Assembly (NCBI GenBank): GCA_002482725.1
Contig: DLGO01000001.1
Span: 856-64,855, forward strand
DNA length: 64,000 nt
Reading direction: 5' to 3'
Source: Bacteroidetes bacterium UBA7692
Lineage (GTDB): Bacteria > Bacteroidota > Bacteroidia > Chitinophagales > LD1
Shown: in pieces, positions 56,817 through 64,000 of the stretch
Layout of the letters: the number at the start of each line of letters is the position of its first letter
Position numbering within the stretch: the stretch's first letter is position 1
Notes under the pieces: model-generated
The model's input: only the letters and a program-made list of their open reading frames with translations
Told to the model about the DNA's origin: nothing
Database searches by the model: none
Translations under genes and position numbers: made by a program

Positions 56817-57986
56817 CTATTCTTCGCTTTCATCGTCGTCCCAATCGTATATAGATCGTTCATAAACGGCGTCTATATAGTCTACTTCCACAATGTGTAC
56901 ATTGTCTTTTAGTATCTTAAATTTTTCATTCAAAGGAATGCCGGCAAGTGTATTTTCTGTGGTGAAATAAGATGTTATGTTTCCTTTTTCCATTAATTTT
57001 CGCACGGCCTTCAACTTTATAGCATAGTTCACATTTTCACCTCCTCGTAATTGAGAGCAAACGGTGCCTATAAGATTAGCATTTTTGTCAAACAGCGGGC
57101 TGCCGCTGTTTCCGGGTTGTATTGGTGAAGATATCTGATACATCATAGTGTCGCCTTTAAAGCCTGATCCTGAACTTATTACTCCTGTGGTTAGCTTGGC
57201 TTCATAGCCCATATAGTCAGTAATAGGATACCCAATGGTAAATAGTTCTTCTCCTGTTTCTGCTTCCGATTCCCTCAATGCATAGGATGGATCTTTAAGT
57301 ATGAGAGATGTGTCTCTTAATCGCAAGATTGCAAGATCATTTTTCTTGTCAGTAATCACAGTGTCCAGTCGGTAATAACGGTTCTTGTCCTGTGGATTTA
57401 ATCCTTTTATACGTATAATACTGTATTTATTAATTACATGATGATTGGTGATAAAGTAGCCTTTAGAATTGAGCAGATAAGCTGTGGCAGAAGGAAACTT
57501 AGTTGCCTTGCCCATATTCTTGTCTTTTTTCCTCAGCAATATGTCATTCTCATCATAATCCTTACTAGAAAAAGGCTCTTTTTGTTTTGCAAGGAATATT
57601 TGGAAGGAATCTTTATCAATTCTCTGTAATCTGGTCCAGTACCTGCTTCCAATCACTTCTTTTTCATAATCCACATTAAATGCGAGAAATACGGTGTCTC
57701 CTATTGTTGTAATGATCTTGTTAGCGTATGCGTCGAAATAGCCTATACTTATTGCCAGTTTGCCTTCAGAATAGCTTGTGTAATGTGCTACCTGGTCCAT
57801 GTTGAATCCTCCCAATTGTATGCCATTTATATACAAGTGCATAGACTCATCCTGATAGCGCATCTTTTTATGAACCTGGTAAGGAAGTACATATACCTCT
57901 GTTTTGGTTTGGGTGGAATCTTGTGCCCGTACAGGGGTCAAAAAGAAAAAAGTAAGCAGGCAGCAAACAAATAGTTGGTAACTCAA
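56817..57986 (-). CDS. secreted trypsin-like (S1/S1C) serine peptidase with an uncharacterised N-terminal domain
   Basis: 389 aa with a signal peptide. The catalytic triad context is TNHHV ... NDLAIL ... GNSGSPLF. The tail is acidic (DWDDDESEE). Confidence 0.75.
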   Translation of the reverse strand: MSYQLFVCCLLTFFFLTPVRAQDSTQTKTEVYVLPYQVHKKMRYQDESMHLYINGIQLGGFNMDQVAHYTSYSEGKLAISIGYFDAYANKIITTIGDTVFLAFNVDYEKEVIGSRYWTRLQRIDKDSFQIFLAKQKEPFSSKDYDENDILLRKKDKNMGKATKFPSATAYLLNSKGYFITNHHVINKYSIIRIKGLNPQDKNRYYRLDTVITDKKNDLAILRLRDTSLILKDPSYALRESEAETGEELFTIGYPITDYMGYEAKLTTGVISSGSGFKGDTMMYQISSPIQPGNSGSPLFDKNANLIGTVCSQLRGGENVNYAIKLKAVRKLMEKGNITSYFTTENTLAGIPLNEKFKILKDNVHIVEVDYIDAVYERSIYDWDDDESEE

Positions 57987-58087
57987 GTAGTGATTTTGTT
58001 GAAGTTAATGATTATATAAATATAAGCGTATCTCGCTAATGATTATTCGGGCGAATAATAATAATTTTTATAATTATGGCTTTTTAG

Positions 58088-58435
58088 ATGGATAAGTATA
58101 GCAATAAGCAATATAATTTTTTTGAAAACGTATTCGATCTGGTACGCCTTATTCCCAATGGGCGGGTCACTTCTTATGGTGCTATAGCCAGATACCTTGG
58201 TACAGGCAATAGCGCGCGCATGGTTGGCTGGGCTATGCATGCGGCAGGTACAGCCGTCCCTCCTATACCCGCCCATAGAGTCCTGAACAGCAGTGGCCTG
58301 CTTACGGGTAAGCATCACTTTGGGTCGGGCCCCGAAATGCAGGAACTCCTGGAAAAAGAAGGCATTCAGGTTGAAAATAATAAAGTGGTCAATTTTAACA
58401 AGTGTTTTTGGGACCCAACGCAGGAGCTGGGGTAG
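58088..58435 (+). CDS. MGMT-family DNA-binding protein of the alkyltransferase-like (ATL) type
   Basis: 115 aa. The IPNGRVTSYGAIA helix-turn-helix region is present. The active-site motif reads PAHRV instead of PCHRV. Confidence 0.8.
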   Translation: MDKYSNKQYNFFENVFDLVRLIPNGRVTSYGAIARYLGTGNSARMVGWAMHAAGTAVPPIPAHRVLNSSGLLTGKHHFGSGPEMQELLEKEGIQVENNKVVNFNKCFWDPTQELG

Positions 58436-58496
58436 CTAAGTAGCCTTTAGTGTAAACTGGTTTTCATGTGTTGTCAGCAATTTCTATATTAGCAGC

Positions 58497-59378
58497 ATGC
58501 TCAGATCAATGACAGGCTTCGGCAAGGCCACAATCAACAAAGGCGATACTACTATTACCATAGAAATACGATCGCTGAATAGTGGCAAGGGCATGGACCT
58601 TTCTACCAAATTGCCATCCCGTTTTCGCGAGCAGGAATATCTGCTGCGCCAATCACTTACACAAAAGCTCAGCAGGGGTAAAGTTGACCTGTATGCAAGC
58701 GTAACCAAGGAAGTAGAGACTACCGCGCTTCAGCTAAACAAGGGAGTAGTAAAATCGTATTACAAGATGCTGCGCGAGCTCAGCAGCGAATTGAATGCTA
58801 ATGACGAACCTTTATTTTCCAGCATACTTAAATTGCCAGATGTATTTGCAGATGCCCAGCAGGAGGCAGACCTGGATGAATGGAATTTAATAGATGAAAC
58901 GATCAGCTCTGCCGTAGAGGCATTGGATCAGTTTCGTATTACAGAGGGCAAAGCTATAGCAGATGATCTATTGGGTCGAATAAAAATTATTGAGTATTTC
59001 AGCACGCACTTGAGGGAGCAGGATAAGCGCCGCACAGCAGATATGCGCCAACGCCTGAAAAATAATGTAGAGCAATTTATTCCCAAAGACCGTATAGACG
59101 AAAACAGGTTTGAGCAAGAAGTTATTTTCTATCTGGAAAAGCTGGATATAACCGAAGAGCTTACCCGCTTACGTGCGCATTGCGACCACTTCCGCTCGGT
59201 AATAGAGGAGGATAAAGAAGACCAGAAAGGCCGGAAGCTCAACTTTATTTCGCAAGAGATAGGCCGCGAGATAAATACCGTAGGCTCCAAAGCCAATGAC
59301 TCTGCCATGCAGAAGATTGTGGTGAATATGAAAGATGAACTGGAGAAGATAAAGGAACAAACCAGCAACGTATTGTAA
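58497..59378 (+). CDS. YicC family stress-induced protein
   Basis: 293 aa. MLRSMTGFG at the N-terminus and EEL.R...H...NFI.QE..RE.NT.GSK at the C-terminus are YicC hallmarks. Confidence 0.85.
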   Translation: MLRSMTGFGKATINKGDTTITIEIRSLNSGKGMDLSTKLPSRFREQEYLLRQSLTQKLSRGKVDLYASVTKEVETTALQLNKGVVKSYYKMLRELSSELNANDEPLFSSILKLPDVFADAQQEADLDEWNLIDETISSAVEALDQFRITEGKAIADDLLGRIKIIEYFSTHLREQDKRRTADMRQRLKNNVEQFIPKDRIDENRFEQEVIFYLEKLDITEELTRLRAHCDHFRSVIEEDKEDQKGRKLNFISQEIGREINTVGSKANDSAMQKIVVNMKDELEKIKEQTSNVL

Positions 59379-59398
59379 AAGGATAATTTTAAGAATAA

Positions 59399-60007
59399 AT
59401 GAGTCACGCACCAGTAGTTAAAACATTTGAAAAGAAGTTGATTGTAATCACCGCTCCATCCGGTGCCGGAAAAACATCCATTGTAAAAAAATTGCTTCGC
59501 CATTTCCCGAATTTTGCCTTTTCTGTATCAGCCACTACGCGCGATAAAAGAACGGGGGAAGAGCATGGAAAGGATTATTATTTCCTTTCTCATGAGGAGT
59601 TTAAGAAGAAGATAAACGAACATGCATTTGCAGAGCATGAAGAGGTATATGCCAATCAATTTTATGGCACATTGAAAGATGAGATTGAGCGTCTGTGGGC
59701 CATGCGCAAAACCGTAATTTTTGATATTGATGTAAAAGGTGCGGAAAACCTGAAAAAACAGTTTGGTGTACATTGCCATGCGATATTCATAAAGCCGCCT
59801 TCTAAAGAGACCCTGCTAAACAGATTGAAAGCGAGAAGTTCCGAAAGCGCAGATAGCTTGAAAAAGAGATTGAAGAGGGCTGAAGAAGAACTTACTTACG
59901 AAAATAAGTTCGACTATGTGGTGGAGAACAAAGATTTCGATATTGCCTACATGAGGGTTAAAAATTCAATTGTCCGCTTTTTGAATCCAACGCCGGTTTT
60001 TCATTGA
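59399..60007 (+). CDS. gmk: guanylate kinase
   Basis: 202 aa. P-loop APSGAGKTS, SATTR..R.GE..G.DYYF, and DIDVKGA match guanylate kinase. Confidence 0.9.
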   Translation: MSHAPVVKTFEKKLIVITAPSGAGKTSIVKKLLRHFPNFAFSVSATTRDKRTGEEHGKDYYFLSHEEFKKKINEHAFAEHEEVYANQFYGTLKDEIERLWAMRKTVIFDIDVKGAENLKKQFGVHCHAIFIKPPSKETLLNRLKARSSESADSLKKRLKRAEEELTYENKFDYVVENKDFDIAYMRVKNSIVRFLNPTPVFH

Positions 60008-60111
60008 TTAGCAGTTGCTTATTGGTGAAAAGTGAAAGTTTGATAATAGTAAACGTAGTGTTTTCTTAAAGTGGCAAAACGTCACTAAAAAACTTATTTT
60101 TGCATCCTCCT

Positions 60112-62010
60112 ATGAGTGATTCTATCCACCACGAATGTGGTATCGCCTTTATCCGACTGCTGAAGCCATTAGATTACTATGTAGAAAAATACCGCACCAT
60201 CTCCTGGGGGCTTAACAAGCTCTATCTTTTGATGGAAAAGCAGCACAACCGTGGCCAGGACGGCGCGGGCATGGCGGTTATTAAACTCGACCCAAAGCAT
60301 GGTAGCCATTTCATCAACAGGCAGCGCAGCGTACGCACGCAACCTATAGTTGATATTTTCAGCCAGGTATTCTCTACCTTTCCGAAAGACCGGAAGCCAC
60401 TGGAAAGTGCAGTAGCAGAAGCAGAATGGTATAAGCAGCACAACCCATTTGTGGGAGAGGTATTGCTTGGCCACCTTCGATACGGCACTTATGGTAAAAA
60501 CAACGATAGCTTTTGCCATCCGTTTATCAGGGAAAATAACTGGATTACCAGAAATCTTGTTTTAGCGGGTAACTTCAACATGACCAATGTTGACGACTTG
60601 TTCAATAACCTGATAGAGTTGGGCCAGCACCCGCGAGAGCGCAGCGATACCATTACGGTATTGGAGAAAATAGGCCACTTTCTGGATACAGAGGTGCAAA
60701 CAATATTTGATAAGTACAAGGGTCAGGAGTACAGCAATAAGCAAATAACCGACTTTATAGCAGAGGAGTTGCGTGTCAGCACTATTCTTCGCCGTTCAGC
60801 AAAGGATTTTGACGGAGGATATGCTATGGCTGGTATGTTTGGCCATGGCGATGCTTTTGTATTGCGCGACCCCAATGGTATTCGCCCTGCCTACTATTAC
60901 CACGATGATGAAGTGGTGGTAATAGCGAGCGAAAGGCCGGCAATTCAAACTACATTCAATGTACACTTCGACAGCATAAAAGAGGTGTCACCGGGCCATG
61001 CTATTATAGTTAAGAAAAATGGCGAGGTAAAAGACAGGATGATAGTAGAGCCGGGTGAGCGCAAAGCTTGTAGTTTCGAACGCATCTACTTTAGCCGCGG
61101 CACAGATTTTGAAATATATGATGAGCGCAAAAAACTAGGTGAGTACCTTACCCCGGCAGTTTTGGAAGCGGTTAACTATGATTATGACAATACCGTATTT
61201 TCATTCATTCCCAATACAGCTGAAGTCGCATTTTATGGCTTGATGAAAGGCGTAGAAGGTGCGTTGAATAAACACAAGCGCGATATAATTGGCACACAGC
61301 CCGATATCACAATTGAGCAGCTGGATACCTTACTTGCTTTAAGACCTCGTGTCGAAAAAATAGCGGTAAAGGATGTGAAGATGCGCACCTTTATAACAGA
61401 CGATGCCAGCCGCGACGAAATGGTGAGCCACGTGTATGATATCACCTATGGTAGCGTGAAAGCACATACTGATACCTTAGTCGTATTGGATGATTCTATA
61501 GTTCGGGGCACTACACTACAGCGTAGCATATTGTCGATACTGGACAGGCTGCACCCGAAAAAAATAATCATTGTAAGCTCTGCACCACAAATCCGCTATC
61601 CTGATTGTTACGGTATAGATATGAGCCGCATGTACGACTTTATTGCTTTCCGGGCGTTAATCGCCTTGTTGAAGGACGATAAGCGTGAAGATTTGCTACA
61701 GGACGTGTACGAAAAGTGCAAAGCAGATGACAGCAAGCCAAATAGTGAGGTCAAAAACCATGTGAAGGAGCTATATGCACAATACACCGCCGAGCAGATA
61801 AGCACCAAAATTGGTGAGATAGTAAGGCCTCCTCAGATATTTGCTGATGTACAGGTTATATATCAAACTATAGAAAGCCTTCACCGTGCTTGTCCTCAAA
61901 ATCTTGGAGACTGGTACTTTACGGGTAATTATCCTACTCCGGGTGGCAATAAAGTTGCCAATAAGGCCTTCGCAAACTATATGGAAGGCCGCAACGAAAG
62001 GGCTTACTAA
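60112..62010 (+). CDS. purF: amidophosphoribosyltransferase (long Bacteroidota-type PurF)
   Basis: The ATG at 60112 gives MSDSIHHE|CGIAF, a short propeptide before the Ntn Cys. It has a glutamine amidotransferase class II domain and a PRTase motif VVLDDSIVRGTT. The listed ORF begins at an upstream TTG. Confidence 0.85.
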   Translation: MSDSIHHECGIAFIRLLKPLDYYVEKYRTISWGLNKLYLLMEKQHNRGQDGAGMAVIKLDPKHGSHFINRQRSVRTQPIVDIFSQVFSTFPKDRKPLESAVAEAEWYKQHNPFVGEVLLGHLRYGTYGKNNDSFCHPFIRENNWITRNLVLAGNFNMTNVDDLFNNLIELGQHPRERSDTITVLEKIGHFLDTEVQTIFDKYKGQEYSNKQITDFIAEELRVSTILRRSAKDFDGGYAMAGMFGHGDAFVLRDPNGIRPAYYYHDDEVVVIASERPAIQTTFNVHFDSIKEVSPGHAIIVKKNGEVKDRMIVEPGERKACSFERIYFSRGTDFEIYDERKKLGEYLTPAVLEAVNYDYDNTVFSFIPNTAEVAFYGLMKGVEGALNKHKRDIIGTQPDITIEQLDTLLALRPRVEKIAVKDVKMRTFITDDASRDEMVSHVYDITYGSVKAHTDTLVVLDDSIVRGTTLQRSILSILDRLHPKKIIIVSSAPQIRYPDCYGIDMSRMYDFIAFRALIALLKDDKREDLLQDVYEKCKADDSKPNSEVKNHVKELYAQYTAEQISTKIGEIVRPPQIFADVQVIYQTIESLHRACPQNLGDWYFTGNYPTPGGNKVANKAFANYMEGRNERAY

Positions 62011-62158
62011 GATTTCTACGCTTTTGAAATAGCTTTTCATTAAAAAATTGAAGGCCAATGCTTTCAGTTAATAAAAAAACTATTATCAAAATATTAATTT
62101 TTGCTGTTGGATATATGCAACGTTATTAGCAGTTTTAACGCCTAGCTTCTGACAGACG

Positions 62159-64000
62159 ATGGACAAAAAATTACTCAGCTATATTTTAATAGGTGTTTTT
62201 TCAATTGGCCATTTGGTAAAGGCACAGAATTGTCCGCCACCTGCACCATTGATTATGCAGAACCCTTCTTTCGAGGGGCCGCAGGTAGCACACCAAACAC
62301 CTGGTCCATGGACCACTTGCCAAATAGGGCAAACGCCTGATACACAACCAGGCAACTGGGGCGTTACACAGGCTCCTTCAAACGGAGCTTCATACCTTGG
62401 GCTTGTGGCTCAATATGCTAACAATGATCCTACAAGCGGTCAGCTTATATGGCAGGAAGGTGCCAGCCAGCCTTTGAGCGCACCTATGGTAGCGGGCACC
62501 GAATATTCCTTTTCTGCAGATATATCTAATACTACTGCAACCGGTGGTGGTATAGATCCGGGATGTGCCGAACTGCAGATATGGGGCGGCTTTAGCAGGT
62601 GCGACAGGGGGCAGTTGCTATATAGCTCTGGCGATATAACCAACTACGATGTTTGGCAAACCTACAATATTACCATTACCGCTAATCAAAACTATACCTG
62701 GTTTTCTTTTATGATCAACCCGCTGGGTTGTTCTGCCTTGCCTTATATTCTACTGGATAATATTACACCTGTTGTACCTAAGCCTGTAAATGTTACAGTT
62801 GCAGAACTTCAGGGCGTTCTTTGCCACGCAGGTCAAACAGGGCAAATAAGGGCGAGTGTAAAAGGGCAGAATCCTCCTTTTAACTATCAATGGAGTTTAC
62901 CACCTTCAAAGCTTCAGAATGATTCTACGGCTTTTAATCTAACAGCAGGCACATATAGCGTTACTGTTACAAATGCCATTGGTTGTTTGGGTATTGCTTC
63001 ACTTACATTGACAGAGCCTACTCCAATGTACCGTGATACTTCCATCATAATTGATGCAAACTGTTTTGGTATAGGTGGTAGTGCATTATTGCGTTATAAA
63101 GGAGGCACTCCTGTTACCATGGATACCATAGCCTATTACTACAGTTGGAGCAATGGCAATAAGGAAATGGGTACAGGCCCAAATGTAAATTCAGGTACAT
63201 ACTACCTTACGGTTACAGATGCAAATGGTTGTACAGCACTGGATTCTGTCTTTATACCTATTGGCTCCGGTTTCTATCTTGATACTGCTGTGAGAAGGAG
63301 TGATTGTCTTGCTGTAAGCAATAATATAGAGGCGGCTGTTTTTCCGGTAGGTGGACTCCCCGGAGCCACATATACCTATTTATGGAATACGACACCTGTG
63401 CAGACAACAAATACAGCGTATAACCTCAACACCGGGTCCTATAAGGTCGTCGTCACAGCTAATGATGGCTGTGAGGATTCAGCGATTTTTAACGTAGCCG
63501 TTCCTCCTAAAGGATTATATATTACACCTACAGCTACAAAAGTGTCATGTTATGGTCAATCTACGGGTCAGATTAGTCTTGCAATTAATTCTGCCAACCC
63601 TGTTACAACCTATACATGGTCACCGCCTGTAAGTACAAGTGCTATTGCGAGTAATCTGGCTGCAGGAACCTATAGGGTTACGGTTACTGATGATAAAAAT
63701 TGCCAGGATACTTCCAGCGCGGTTATTACTCAATCAGATTCGATTGCCATATCACTTACTTCTTCAAACGTTACTTGCTTTGGCAATGCTTCAGGATTTA
63801 TCCGGGCAAAGGTAACGGGTGGCAACAGGCCGTATAGTTATGTGTGGGATTCCAATCCGGCACAAACGGACTCTCTTGCCAGGAGCCTTCCGGCAGGTAC
63901 TTATACCGTAACTGTAACTGATAGCACCAATTGTGTAAATACGCGTAGCAGAACTATTACCCAGCCTGCAGCGCCTTTGAATTTGCTAAAAAATAAGACA
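62159..64000 (+). CDS. large secreted SprB-repeat cell-surface protein, N-terminal part; the 3' end lies outside the window
   Basis: It is open from the ATG at 62159 to the window edge (614 codons), so it is absent from the ORF track. The signal peptide is MDKKLLSYILIGVFSIGHLVKAQ. After a ~200-aa unique domain there are at least six repeats of the C.G..(T/S)G.I...V.GG..P(F/Y).Y.W type (SprB repeat). Confidence 0.8.
   Translation, partial: MDKKLLSYILIGVFSIGHLVKAQNCPPPAPLIMQNPSFEGPQVAHQTPGPWTTCQIGQTPDTQPGNWGVTQAPSNGASYLGLVAQYANNDPTSGQLIWQEGASQPLSAPMVAGTEYSFSADISNTTATGGGIDPGCAELQIWGGFSRCDRGQLLYSSGDITNYDVWQTYNITITANQNYTWFSFMINPLGCSALPYILLDNITPVVPKPVNVTVAELQGVLCHAGQTGQIRASVKGQNPPFNYQWSLPPSKLQNDSTAFNLTAGTYSVTVTNAIGCLGIASLTLTEPTPMYRDTSIIIDANCFGIGGSALLRYKGGTPVTMDTIAYYYSWSNGNKEMGTGPNVNSGTYYLTVTDANGCTALDSVFIPIGSGFYLDTAVRRSDCLAVSNNIEAAVFPVGGLPGATYTYLWNTTPVQTTNTAYNLNTGSYKVVVTANDGCEDSAIFNVAVPPKGLYITPTATKVSCYGQSTGQISLAINSANPVTTYTWSPPVSTSAIASNLAAGTYRVTVTDDKNCQDTSSAVITQSDSIAISLTSSNVTCFGNASGFIRAKVTGGNRPYSYVWDSNPAQTDSLARSLPAGTYTVTVTDSTNCVNTRSRTITQPAAPLNLLKNKT

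Overview
This window looks like a chromosomal, mostly housekeeping segment of a Bacteroidota genome. Supporting markers are gldA/gldF/gldG gliding genes, a PorX-type T9SS response regulator, T9SS type A and type B C-terminal sorting domains, SprB repeats, DUF4270 and many lipoproteins. The class is probably Chitinophagia or Sphingobacteriia, but I cannot verify that without a search. I support about 63 protein-coding genes. They cover translation (glyQS, serS, dtd, an ABC-F ATPase), envelope synthesis (lpxK, murB, lptB, glmS, dgkA), cofactor and nucleotide metabolism (panC, panD, purF, gmk, purine nucleoside phosphorylase), metabolism (kbl, acyl-CoA dehydrogenase, a trans-sulfuration PLP enzyme, a GH1 beta-glucosidase, ferritin, fur), transporters (nhaA, MFS, EamA, TerC) and secreted T9SS cargo. 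I also call four hairpin terminators. I found no rRNA, tRNA, CRISPR array, transposase, integrase, prophage or recognisable defence or toxin-antitoxin system. The most unexplained signal is two coding-free, T/G-rich intergenic islands at 18.9-20.1 kb and 46.2-47.0 kb. Both carry same-strand arrays of a short word: TGAGGGT in the first and TG(N)CGGT in the second. They share a near-identical 16-mer, and the first contains a tandem ~267-bp duplication. Their function (regulator-site array, iterons, multi-motif ncRNA or a dispersed repeat family) is unknown. Other items worth a second look are listed below.
- An ABC-F protein has one ATP site that looks degenerate in all its elements.
- An orphan receiver domain has Asn at the phospho-acceptor position and sits next to a stand-alone Reg_prop beta-propeller lipoprotein.
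- A tightly packed lptB-GH3-aldehyde dehydrogenase-RidA gene string may form one operon.
- A Cys/His-rich mini-lipoprotein sits just upstream of ferritin.
- An alkyltransferase-like (Cys to Ala) MGMT homolog is present.
- An unlisted 51-codon membrane ORF lies between DUF1295 and serS.
All functional calls come from reading the translated ORFs and recalled family motifs. No database search was run.
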